NCBI GenBank assembly: GCA_964469765.1
Contig: CAYYAU010000001.1
Location: 1-30,334, forward strand
From: an uncultured Clostridia bacterium
GTDB taxonomy: Bacteria > UBA6262 > WVXT01 > CAYYAU01
DNA length: 30,334 nucleotides
Direction: 5' to 3'
Part shown: piece by piece, positions 1 through 8,464 of the stretch
Position numbering within the stretch: position 1 is the stretch's first letter
Layout: each line of letters begins with the position of its first letter
Program-made: the position numbers and the translations under genes
The notes under the pieces: generated by a model
The model's database searches: none
Seen by the model: only the letters and a program-made list of their open reading frames with translations
What the model was told of the DNA's origin: nothing

Positions 1-1
1 T

Positions 2-250
2 ATTGTGGTTAAATCTATAGATGAAATGGAGAAAGAGATTAAAGAAAAAAAAGTATCTATCGGAATTATTACAGTTCCTGCACGAAATGCTCAGGATGTT
101 GCTGAACGGCTTATTAAATCAAGCATTGAGTGTATTCTTAATTTTGCGCCAGTTGCTTTGACAGTTCCGGAAAATGTGAAAGTAAAAAGTGTTGATCTGT
201 CAAGAGAACTTGAAACGCTTTCTTATTTCTTGGTTAACAAAAGAAAATGA
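2..250 (+). CDS. rex: Redox-sensing transcriptional repressor Rex, C-terminal part (5'-truncated by window edge)
   Basis: GIITVPARNAQDVAERL...ILNFAPVALTVPENVKVKSVDLSRELETLSYFL matches the Rex C-terminal NAD(H)-binding/dimerisation region. The frame is open to the window start. The stop overlaps the next ATG (ATGA 247-250). Confidence 0.9.
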   Translation: MVVKSIDEMEKEIKEKKVSIGIITVPARNAQDVAERLIKSSIECILNFAPVALTVPENVKVKSVDLSRELETLSYFLVNKRK

Positions 251-1302
251 AATATATTTCCAAAGATAATTTTTTAAAATTGTTAGAATTCTTACAGAGA
301 GATTATTATATCTATATTCCTATCAAAAAGGGTAATAAACTTTTCTATAAGAGGCTCATCAATAATAAAGATTCAAAAGCCAATATATCGCGTATTGATG
401 ATATGGTAATAGGTGGAGTGAGAATTTCTGAACCACTTAAGTCTTTTTTTGTTAAGGCACGGGAGAAAGTTGCAGAGGGTTTTAAATCTCCTTTACTTGA
501 AGAAAATAAGCCTTATTGTATTGTAGGTGTGAAGGCATGTGACTTAAAAAGCCTAGAGGTTTATGATTATGTCTTTTGTAATCATGATTATACAGACCCA
601 TTTTATATAAAAAAAAGAGAAGAGAATCTTATTATTTCTTCTGATTGTACCAATACTTTGGATACATGTTTTTGTTTAGCAGTGGGTGTGAAGCCTTATC
701 CTCAAAAAAATTTTGATATTAATCTTTCTGAAATTAATTCAGGTTTTATAATTGAGGTAGGGTCACAAAAGGGACAAGAGCTTATTAATAAATATCCATT
801 TCTTTTTGAAGAAACAGAAAATGAATTAATTAAGCAGAGAGATGAGAGAAGAGAAAAGGTTATCAAAAAGTTAAAAAAGAATATAGAAGAGAATAATGTT
901 CCAGATTACTCTCTTTTTAAAGGAATAATTGAAAGAAATTTTGAATCAGATATCTGGAAAGATGAAGCAAAAACTTGTGTAGAGTGTGGAGCCTGTAATA
1001 CAATATGTCCAACATGCCATTGTTTTCTCTTATATGACCAGATGAATAACAATAAAATGGCAAGATTACGGATATGGGATTCTTGTATGATAAAGGATTT
1101 TGCAGAAGTTGCTGGTGGGGCTAATCCAAGACCCAGATTATGGATGAGATTAAGAAATAGATTTGAGAAGAAGTTTGATTTTTTCTTTAAAGTAGCACAT
1201 CTCTATGCCTGTACAGGGTGCGGTAGGTGTATTTTAGCATGCCCAGCAAATATTGATATAAGAAAGGTGTTAAGGAGATTGGTTGATGCATCAAAAGGAT
1301 AA
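247..1302 (+). CDS. 4Fe-4S protein, AsrA / sulfhydrogenase beta (HydB) / FlxB family
   Basis: Motifs GVKACD, CTNTLDTCFC, CVECGACNTICPTCHCF, WDSC, RxRFxKKF and CTGCGRCILACP are typical of the AsrA/HydB family. Confidence 0.85.
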   Translation: MKYISKDNFLKLLEFLQRDYYIYIPIKKGNKLFYKRLINNKDSKANISRIDDMVIGGVRISEPLKSFFVKAREKVAEGFKSPLLEENKPYCIVGVKACDLKSLEVYDYVFCNHDYTDPFYIKKREENLIISSDCTNTLDTCFCLAVGVKPYPQKNFDINLSEINSGFIIEVGSQKGQELINKYPFLFEETENELIKQRDERREKVIKKLKKNIEENNVPDYSLFKGIIERNFESDIWKDEAKTCVECGACNTICPTCHCFLLYDQMNNNKMARLRIWDSCMIKDFAEVAGGANPRPRLWMRLRNRFEKKFDFFFKVAHLYACTGCGRCILACPANIDIRKVLRRLVDASKG

Positions 1303-2110
1303 TCCATATATTCCTATTGAAGCTGAGGTTAGTGAGGTTATACCAGAAACTCCAACAATAAAGACTATCAGGTTAAAGCCAAAAGAAAAGGTTTTGTTTA
1401 AAACCGGACAGTTTATTGAACTGACTATTCCTGGAGTTGGTGAGGCACCATTTACTCCATCATCAAAGCCATCATTGAAGGATACAATTGAAGTGACAGT
1501 AATGAGGGTGGGTAAGGTGACTGAGAAGATTCATCAGCTTAAAAAAGGTGATATTGTAGGAATAAGAGGTCCTTTTGGAAAAGGGTATCCATTGAATGAG
1601 TTTAAAGGTAAAGAAGTGGTTGTTATAGGAGGGGGTTGTGGTTTTGCTCCTTTAAGGAGTTTGATGTATGAGTTTTTGGAAAGAAGTAAAGAGTTTAAAA
1701 GGCTATTTTTCAGAGGTGGGTGTAAGACCCCTCAAGAGTTTTTATATAAACAGGAAATTGAAAAATGGACAGAAAGAAAGGATTTGAATGTAAAGATTAC
1801 GGTTGATAAAGGTGACCACAGTTGGAAAGGACATGTTGGACTTGTAACAAGTATTTTGGATGATTTAAAGATGAGTTATAAAAACGGTATTGCTGTTGTT
1901 TGTGGTCCTCCTATAATGATGAAGTTTGTGACTAAAAAGCTTCTTGATATGGGTTTTAAAGAAGAGAATATCTATCTTTCTATGGAAAAGAATATGTCTT
2001 GTGGGATTGGAAAATGTGGTCATTGTAGAATCGGGATATATTATGCCTGTAAGGATGGGCCTGTTTTTCAGTACGCTAAGATAAAAGATTTCCCAAATAT
2101 CTGGGAGTGA
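1283..2110 (+). CDS. FAD/NAD(P)-binding [2Fe-2S] oxidoreductase, AsrB / sulfhydrogenase gamma (HydG) / PyrK family
   Basis: GQF..GEAPF FAD-binding region, RGPFGKGY, GGGCGFAPLRS nucleotide-binding loop, CGPPIMM, and C-terminal MSCGIGKCGHC...CKDGPVF 2Fe-2S motif. Confidence 0.9.
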   Translation: MMHQKDNPYIPIEAEVSEVIPETPTIKTIRLKPKEKVLFKTGQFIELTIPGVGEAPFTPSSKPSLKDTIEVTVMRVGKVTEKIHQLKKGDIVGIRGPFGKGYPLNEFKGKEVVVIGGGCGFAPLRSLMYEFLERSKEFKRLFFRGGCKTPQEFLYKQEIEKWTERKDLNVKITVDKGDHSWKGHVGLVTSILDDLKMSYKNGIAVVCGPPIMMKFVTKKLLDMGFKEENIYLSMEKNMSCGIGKCGHCRIGIYYACKDGPVFQYAKIKDFPNIWE

Positions 2111-2132
2111 ATTTTCTATATTCTATAAGAGA

Positions 2133-2699
2133 ATGAAAACAAGCGCAGAACAGATTCATCAAGGAAAAATAAGTTTAAATCCTAAGAAAACGAAGGATAA
2201 AAGGCTTTTTATTGACCTGGATATTTGTTTTTCTAAACAATGTGAAAGCTGTGTAGTTGAATGTAGTTATCTGTATCATCAGCAGAAGATTGGTAATAAT
2301 GGGGTTATCTCTATAGCTGAACTTTCAACGTATGTTTTAGTTTGTCGTAGATGTGAAGAGCCTCACTGCATAAATGCTTGTCCTGTTGAAGCACTTGAAC
2401 AGCAGAAGGATAAGAATAATTTGCTTATTCGTCACAATATGAGATGTATTAGTTGCAAATCCTGTTCACATGCCTGTCCTTATGGAACAATTTATCCAGA
2501 GTTTGTTCCTTTACTGGTACACAATTGTGATTTTTGTTTGGATAGACGACAAGAAAAAAATGAGCCATTGTGTATTAATACCTGTCCTTATGGTGCCTTG
2601 AAATTAGTTAGCGGTGATGTTAAATTAGATGAACATACATTTCTTGTTGGAGATAATTTAGTGGTACATTCTACACATTGGGATAGAGAAAAGGCATGA
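2133..2699 (+). CDS. Polyferredoxin-type 4x[4Fe-4S] electron-transfer subunit (HycB/HydN/CooF/DmsB-like)
   Basis: Four Cys clusters: CFSKQCESCVVEC, CRRCEEPHCINACP, CISCKSCSHACP, CDFC...LCINTCP. Confidence 0.8.
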   Translation: MKTSAEQIHQGKISLNPKKTKDKRLFIDLDICFSKQCESCVVECSYLYHQQKIGNNGVISIAELSTYVLVCRRCEEPHCINACPVEALEQQKDKNNLLIRHNMRCISCKSCSHACPYGTIYPEFVPLLVHNCDFCLDRRQEKNEPLCINTCPYGALKLVSGDVKLDEHTFLVGDNLVVHSTHWDREKA

Positions 2700-3619
2700 A
2701 ATATATTTTTAATTTTTTATTTTATGGATTTTTATTAACCACCATTATAGGACTTTCTGCAAGTTGGTTAGATAGAAAGATTACCGCAAGACTACAGTAT
2801 CGGGTTGGACCTCCTTTTCTTCAGCCATTCATAGATATTATGAAGCTTTTAGGTAAAGAAACGCTTATACCAAAAGGTTCATCCAGCATTACTTTTCTGT
2901 TTGCACCTGTTTTAAGTTTTGCAGGGGTTATGATTGTGGCAACTTTGTTATGGATAAATACCATTAATCTTAATAAAGGTTTTTTAGGAGATATCATAGT
3001 GGTCCTATATTTGTTAATGTTGCCTTCCATTGGTCTTCTTTTGGGAGGATTTTCTTCAAGGAACCCTTTGGCAAGTCTAGGGGCTTCGCGTGAAATGAAA
3101 CTTATATTAAGTTACGAACTTCCTTTCTTACTTGCCATTCTTGTTCCTGTAATAAAATCTGGGTTATCTATAAAGGTTGGTGAAATATTAAGTTTTCAAT
3201 CTCACAATGGAGTAATTATTGGAAGTTTTTCAGGATTTTTAGCATTTTTAGTTTGTTTAATTTGTATACAGGCAAAGTTAGGACTTGTTCCTTTTGATAT
3301 TGCTGAGGCAGAGACTGAAATTACAGCTGGTCCTTTGATAGATTATTCAGGAACCCCTCTTGCTATATATAGGTTGACAAAGAATATGCTTTTATTTGTT
3401 CTTCCTTTCTTTTTAATAATATTATTTATGGGTGGAATAAGATTTAGTGGTGTGCATATACTATTTGGTATCTTGAAGTATATTGGACTGGTTTTATTAA
3501 TTACTGTGATAAGAAATACAAATCCACGAATAAGAATTGACCAGGCAGTAAAATTCTTCTGGTTAGTGATAACACCGCTTGCTGTAATCTCAACAATATT
3601 AGCACTAATAGGAAAGTAA
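2696..3619 (+). CDS. Complex I subunit 1-like membrane anchor of group 4 hydrogenase (NuoH/HycD/EchB/MbhM-like)
   Basis: DRKITARLQYRVGPPFLQPFIDIMKLLGKE, GASREM..LSYE and PFDIAEAETEI motifs, with about 8 hydrophobic segments. Confidence 0.9.
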   Translation: MKYIFNFLFYGFLLTTIIGLSASWLDRKITARLQYRVGPPFLQPFIDIMKLLGKETLIPKGSSSITFLFAPVLSFAGVMIVATLLWINTINLNKGFLGDIIVVLYLLMLPSIGLLLGGFSSRNPLASLGASREMKLILSYELPFLLAILVPVIKSGLSIKVGEILSFQSHNGVIIGSFSGFLAFLVCLICIQAKLGLVPFDIAEAETEITAGPLIDYSGTPLAIYRLTKNMLLFVLPFFLIILFMGGIRFSGVHILFGILKYIGLVLLITVIRNTNPRIRIDQAVKFFWLVITPLAVISTILALIGK

Positions 3620-3620
3620 A

Positions 3621-4052
3621 ATGAGTTTTAAACTAAAGGCATTGTTGAAGTCTCCTTGGGTTTTTCATTTATCTACAGGCAGTTGCAATAACTGTGATAT
3701 TGAGATACTGGATTGTCTTACTCCAAGGTTTGATATTGAAAGGTTTGGGATGTTACTTACTGGAAGTATAAAGCATGCTGATGTGCTTTTAATAACAGGA
3801 ATCTGTAATAGACAGTCTACGATAAGGCTGAAAAGATTATATCAGCAGATTCCAAAACCTTGTATTGTTGTTGCTGTGGGTCAGTGTGCGTTATCAAGAG
3901 GAATGTTTATACATAGTTACAACGCACCTGTTCCTTTGGATAAGGTAATTCCTGTTGATGTTTATATACCAGGTTGTCCACCGAAACCAGAAGCAATTAT
4001 TGCTGGAGTGGTTAAATTAATAGAAAAGGTGAGAAATAAAAAGCGAGGCTAA
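3621..4052 (+). CDS. Group 4 [NiFe]-hydrogenase small subunit (NuoB/HycG/EchC/MbhJ-like)
   Basis: GSCNNCDIE, RFDIERFG, HADVLLITG, AVGQCA and DVYIPGCPPKPEAI provide the four Cys ligands of the proximal cluster. Confidence 0.9.
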   Translation: MSFKLKALLKSPWVFHLSTGSCNNCDIEILDCLTPRFDIERFGMLLTGSIKHADVLLITGICNRQSTIRLKRLYQQIPKPCIVVAVGQCALSRGMFIHSYNAPVPLDKVIPVDVYIPGCPPKPEAIIAGVVKLIEKVRNKKRG

Positions 4053-4054
4053 AT

Positions 4055-4528
4055 ATGGAAAGAGAAAAGATTTTAGAGAGTATAAAAGAAAGATTTAAAG
4101 ATAATATAATTGAGGTTTTTGATAAATCAAAAGATAGAGTATATATAGAAATAAAACCCGAATTCTTAATAGATATAGTAAAGTATATATTTAAAGACTT
4201 GGGCGCAAGGTTTAATACAGCAACAGGTATTGATGCACGGTATTATATGGAAATTTTATATCATTTCATTATTGAAGACATTAATCTATTAATTTCTTTA
4301 AGGGTAAAACTAAACAAACAGAAATTGGAGATAACATCTATTGCTCCTTTGTTTGAAGGAGCTAACTGGATAGAAAGAGAGATTCATGAGATGTTAGGAG
4401 TAGATTTTAAAGGACATCCTGATTTAAGAAGACTTCTTTTATCTGATGATTGGCCTGAAGAGATTTGTCCTTTAAGATGTGATTATAAAGAATGGGATAA
4501 GAAGGCAATAAGAGATAGAGGAGAGTAG
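4055..4528 (+). CDS. NuoC-like 30 kDa subunit (EchD/MbhK-like)
   Basis: SIAPLFEGANWIEREIHEMLGVDFKGHPDLRRLLLSDDWP...PLR is the Complex1_30kDa signature. Confidence 0.88.
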   Translation: MEREKILESIKERFKDNIIEVFDKSKDRVYIEIKPEFLIDIVKYIFKDLGARFNTATGIDARYYMEILYHFIIEDINLLISLRVKLNKQKLEITSIAPLFEGANWIEREIHEMLGVDFKGHPDLRRLLLSDDWPEEICPLRCDYKEWDKKAIRDRGE

Positions 4529-4601
4529 GTTTGTATATCGTACATTCAAAAGTATCTCCAAAAGAAGAGTTATATGGTTTGATGTTTCGGAGAGGAAAAC
4601 A

Positions 4602-5783
4602 ATGACAAAGGTAAAAATTCCAATAGGACCTTATCATCCGTTGCAAGAAGAGCCTGAATTTTTTACTTTAACAGTTGAAGGAGAAAGGGTTATAGATATT
4701 GATGTAAGGATTGGTTATAACCATAGAGGGATAGAGAAGCTTTCAGAAACAAAGACATTTGATCAATCCACATTTGTTATAGAAAGAATCTGTGGTATCT
4801 GTTCAACAAGTCATCCATTTGCTTATACAAGAGCTGTAGAGGATATTATTTCTGTTGAGGTACCTGAAAGAGCAAAGTATATAAGAACAATAATAGCTGA
4901 GGGAGAAAGAATTCATTCACATCTTTTGTGGTTTGGTTTAGCTGGACATTTTTTAGGATATAATACAGTCTTTATGTGGGCGTGGAAAATAAGGGAAGAG
5001 ATATTAGATGTAATGGAGATTTTATCAGGAAATAGAAATAATTATGCTATGTTTAAACCAGGGGGAGTAAGAAGGGATATTAAATCTGAAGATATTTCCA
5101 TTGTGTTAAAAAAGGTTGATTCTATTGTTCCAACATTGCAAATGCTTAAGAAGGCTGTGATGGATGACTATGTTATTCATGCCAGAACTAAAGGTATAGG
5201 TATTCTTACAAAAGAGGATGCTATAAACTATTGTGCGTTAGGTCCTACTGCCAGGGCATCTGGTGTGAAGAAGGATGTGAGAAAGGATGTTCGATATGGA
5301 GCTTATGATAAGGTGGACTGGAATATGATTCTAACCTATAATGGAGATGTGTTTGATAAGGTTGTGGTTAGAATATTAGAGATTTTTGAGTCTATTAAGA
5401 TAATGAGACAGTGTTTGTTAAAGCTTCCTAAGACAGACATAGACCTTAATATTAAAGATATCCCTCCTGGTGAAGGAATAGGCACCCATGAGGCACCTCG
5501 AGGAGAGGTGTTTCATTATGTAAGAAGTGATGGAACAAATAGACCTGTTCGTCATAAAGTAAGAGCACCTACCTTTATGAATCTTCCCACATTTAAGGCA
5601 ACAGTTGTGGGAGAAACAGTCTCTGATGCAACAATAATTTTAGCTGCTATTGATCCATGTTATTGTTGTACAGAACGGATGGTTGTCCAGAATACAAAAG
5701 GTGATAGAATATTCAATGGCACTGATTTAATAAAACTCTCTCAGGAAAAAACCAACAGAATCAGGGAAAAGAAAAGATGTTAA
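4602..5783 (+). CDS. Group 4 [NiFe]-hydrogenase large (catalytic) subunit (EchE/HycE/MbhL-like)
   Basis: GPYHP, HRGIEKL, L1 motif ERICGICSTSH, EAPRGE, RAPT and L2 motif DPCYCCTER, followed by a short C-terminal extension. GGAGAGG RBS upstream. Confidence 0.93.
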   Translation: MTKVKIPIGPYHPLQEEPEFFTLTVEGERVIDIDVRIGYNHRGIEKLSETKTFDQSTFVIERICGICSTSHPFAYTRAVEDIISVEVPERAKYIRTIIAEGERIHSHLLWFGLAGHFLGYNTVFMWAWKIREEILDVMEILSGNRNNYAMFKPGGVRRDIKSEDISIVLKKVDSIVPTLQMLKKAVMDDYVIHARTKGIGILTKEDAINYCALGPTARASGVKKDVRKDVRYGAYDKVDWNMILTYNGDVFDKVVVRILEIFESIKIMRQCLLKLPKTDIDLNIKDIPPGEGIGTHEAPRGEVFHYVRSDGTNRPVRHKVRAPTFMNLPTFKATVVGETVSDATIILAAIDPCYCCTERMVVQNTKGDRIFNGTDLIKLSQEKTNRIREKKRC

Positions 5784-7429
5784 ATACACAACTTTTTAAA
5801 TTTGATGCGCTTTCTAATTTTGTAGGGATATTTATTATTTTCTTTTCATTACTTATAATAATTTACTCTTCTGGTTTTATGAAAGCAAAAAGAGGGTTAA
5901 TTCTTTATTATTTTTATATCGTGCTTACCCTTATTGCTTCTTTAGGGGCTGTATTTTCTAACAATCTGGTTCTGTTTATGGTATGCTGGGGATTTTTAGC
6001 GTTTCTTTTATACTTATTAATCTGGTTTGGAGAAAAGGAACACACCCCATCAACCGCTAAGAAATCGTTTATTATAATTGGTGGTAGTGATATCTTTATG
6101 TTGTTGGGATTGGCATTTGTATGGAAGATTACTGGTACAGTACAAATGGATAAAATAAGTCTTTTATTGAATACAAAGGCTTCTGTTTTTGCATATCTAT
6201 GTCTTGCAATAGGTGCATTTGCAAAAGCGGGCGCTATGCCTTTTCATACATGGGTTCCTGATACGGCTTCAGATGCCCCTACTCCAGTGACTGCGTATTT
6301 ACCCGCATCTTTGGATAAACTCCTTGGAATATATTTTCTTGGTAGGCTTTCTTTAGATATGTTTAAGATGGACGCTATAATGAACATTGTATTAATGAGT
6401 ATTGGTAGTATAACCATTATTGCTGCCGTGATGATGGCACTTGTTCAGCATGATTTAAAAAGGCTGTTAGGCTATCATGCTGTAAGCCAGGTTGGATATA
6501 TGGTATTAGGTATTGGGACAGGCACTGTTTTAGGTATTGCTGGTGGAATCTTTCATATGCTTAATAATGCTATATATAAAGCGGGTTTATTTTTATCAGG
6601 TGGAAATGTTGAGAAAAAAGCAGGGACAACAGATTTGGAAAGGCTTGGTGGGTTTGCTAAGTTGATGCCTATTAGTTTTATCACATTTCTGATTGCTTCG
6701 TTATCTATTTCAGGTGTTCCACCTTTTAATGGTTTTGTCTCAAAGTGGCTTATTTATCAAGGTATAATAGAAACAGGTAAATCTGGCGGTTATCTCTGGG
6801 TACTATGGCTTATTGCAGCAATGTTTGGTAGTGCACTTACATTGGCAAGCTTTATGAAGTTGGTCCATGCTGTTTTCTTAGGTCAACCATCTAAAGAGTA
6901 TAAAGTATCGAGTATCAAACATCGTGAAGTTAGTATAACAATGTGGATACCTGTAGTTATACTTGCAATATTATGTGTAGTTTTTGGTGTGTTTGCTTAT
7001 CAGATTCCTTTAAGGATTTTTATATTCCCTAGTGTTGGGTTTACAGGGGAGTTCTCTGGGTTATGGACCCCAAGTCTTGCTACTTTACTTATTTTAGTAG
7101 GGATTCTTCTAGGGGTTATAATTTATTTTATAGGAACAGTAACAAAAACACGCCAAACAGAGGTGTTTATAGGTGGTGAGATAATAGATGAGTATCCTCA
7201 AATGAGAGTTTCTGGAGCACGGTTTTATGATACAATCAGAGAGTTAGATATCTTAAAGAGTATCTATTCATTAGCAGAAAAGGGATACTTTGATATATAC
7301 AGGATTGGTCAAAGAATAATTTACAGTTTCAGTAGTTTGTTGAGATATTTTCATAATGGTATTTTATCTACTTACTTAGCTTGGTGTATTTTTGGAATGA
7401 TTATACTTTTTTATGTGCTTTTCAGGTAA
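5777..7429 (+). CDS. Antiporter-like proton-translocating subunit, NuoL/MrpA/HyfB type with C-terminal lateral helix
   Basis: AKAGAMPFHTWVPD, DLKRLLGYHAVSQVGY, HMLNNAIYKAGLFL, SISGVPPFNGFVSKW, and C-terminal HNGILSTYLAW resembling the NuoL end. Confidence 0.85.
   Translation: MLNTQLFKFDALSNFVGIFIIFFSLLIIIYSSGFMKAKRGLILYYFYIVLTLIASLGAVFSNNLVLFMVCWGFLAFLLYLLIWFGEKEHTPSTAKKSFIIIGGSDIFMLLGLAFVWKITGTVQMDKISLLLNTKASVFAYLCLAIGAFAKAGAMPFHTWVPDTASDAPTPVTAYLPASLDKLLGIYFLGRLSLDMFKMDAIMNIVLMSIGSITIIAAVMMALVQHDLKRLLGYHAVSQVGYMVLGIGTGTVLGIAGGIFHMLNNAIYKAGLFLSGGNVEKKAGTTDLERLGGFAKLMPISFITFLIASLSISGVPPFNGFVSKWLIYQGIIETGKSGGYLWVLWLIAAMFGSALTLASFMKLVHAVFLGQPSKEYKVSSIKHREVSITMWIPVVILAILCVVFGVFAYQIPLRIFIFPSVGFTGEFSGLWTPSLATLLILVGILLGVIIYFIGTVTKTRQTEVFIGGEIIDEYPQMRVSGARFYDTIRELDILKSIYSLAEKGYFDIYRIGQRIIYSFSSLLRYFHNGILSTYLAWCIFGMIILFYVLFR
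6897..6924 (+). repeat. Degenerate heptamer tandem repeat inside the NuoL/MrpA-like gene
   Basis: AGTATAA AGTATCG AGTATCA AACATCG. Confidence 0.6.
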
Positions 7430-7445
7430 ACCCTTAGGGTAAACA

Positions 7446-7991
7446 ATGATTGAACTTTATCTTTTATTATCTTTTGTAATTATTGCTGCTATTGTTGCTA
7501 TAGAGATTAATGATATGCTTTCTTCAGTAATAGCAGTTGGAGCTGTTGGTTTAGGAGTTTCAATGGCATTTTTGATACTAAAGGCTCCGGATATAGCAAT
7601 TACTCAGCTTGTTGTTGAGATACTTTGTCTTATTATTTTGGTACGGGCAACTTTAAAAAGAGACCTTCCATTTTCTACAAAAATAGGCTGGCTTCTTAAC
7701 GGTTTAATAACATTTGGGTTTATTATAATCTTTCTGGTTGTGGCAGTAAAGGCATTTAAGGATTTACCACAGTTTGGTTATCCGATAATGCGTGTAGCAA
7801 AGACATACATTCAGCGTGGATTAATTGGAACAGGTGCAGCTAATTTGGTTACATCTGTGATTCTTGATTTTAGAGCTTATGATACCTTAGGTGAAGCCAC
7901 AATATTATTTACTGCTGTGATTGGATTGCTTGCTGTTTTAAGGAAAATAGGGAGGAAAAAGACAGCAGATTCTCCGGAAGAAGATATATAA
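7446..7991 (+). CDS. Mrp-module subunit, DUF4040 + MnhB N-terminal type (MbhD/MbhE-like fusion)
   Basis: LKAPDIAITQLVVE (DUF4040-like) followed by GAANLVTSVILDFRAYDTLGEATILF (MrpA C-terminal/MbhE motif). Confidence 0.8.
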   Translation: MIELYLLLSFVIIAAIVAIEINDMLSSVIAVGAVGLGVSMAFLILKAPDIAITQLVVEILCLIILVRATLKRDLPFSTKIGWLLNGLITFGFIIIFLVVAVKAFKDLPQFGYPIMRVAKTYIQRGLIGTGAANLVTSVILDFRAYDTLGEATILFTAVIGLLAVLRKIGRKKTADSPEEDI

Positions 7992-7993
7992 AA

Positions 7994-8464
7994 ATGAAGA
8001 ATAAAAACCATAATTTCCAAAATAAACAATCAGGTATGAGTCTTATTGTAAAGACAGTTACTCGTCTTACGGTGGGACTTATACTTCTTTATGGAATTTA
8101 CATTCTCTTGCATGGCCATCTATCCCCAGGTGGGGGGTTTGCTGGTGGAGTGATTATTGCTTTAGCATTTGTTCATTTGATGCTTGCTTATGGGAAAGAC
8201 GTTGTCTTTAAAAGGGTATCTAAACAGATAGTCTCATTATGTGAAAGTATAGGTGCAGTGTTATTCTTAACTATAGCGGTGTTGGGCTTTACAGGAGGGT
8301 ATTTCTTTTTTAATTTTATATCAAAAGGAAAGCCATTTAAGCTTTTTAGTTCAGGTATAATTCCATTATGTAACATTGCTATAAGTTTAAAGGTTGGAGC
8401 TGGTTTGTTTGCAATATTTATTGTGCTTGTACTGTTAAAATTTAATAAAGAGGAAAAGAAATGA
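7994..8464 (+). CDS. mnhB: Na+/H+ antiporter subunit B (MrpB/MbhF-like)
   Basis: GHLSPGGGFAGGVI motif, GIIPLCNIAISLKVG, and four TM segments. Confidence 0.85.
   Translation: MKNKNHNFQNKQSGMSLIVKTVTRLTVGLILLYGIYILLHGHLSPGGGFAGGVIIALAFVHLMLAYGKDVVFKRVSKQIVSLCESIGAVLFLTIAVLGFTGGYFFFNFISKGKPFKLFSSGIIPLCNIAISLKVGAGLFAIFIVLVLLKFNKEEKK

Noticed and set aside
247-2110. Anaerobic sulfite reductase AsrABC
   Set aside because: No siroheme AsrC gene is present in the window.
4602-5783. Selenocysteine ([NiFeSe]) or stop-codon readthrough
   Set aside because: All ligand codons are TGT, with no in-frame TGA. Readthrough of the NuoC-like TAG hits another stop before the large subunit.
7423-7445. GGTAAAC direct repeat around CCTTAG (also GGTAAAC near 16278 and 28914)
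   Set aside because: It is short and partly explained by GG-TAA stop contexts, so it is compatible with chance.
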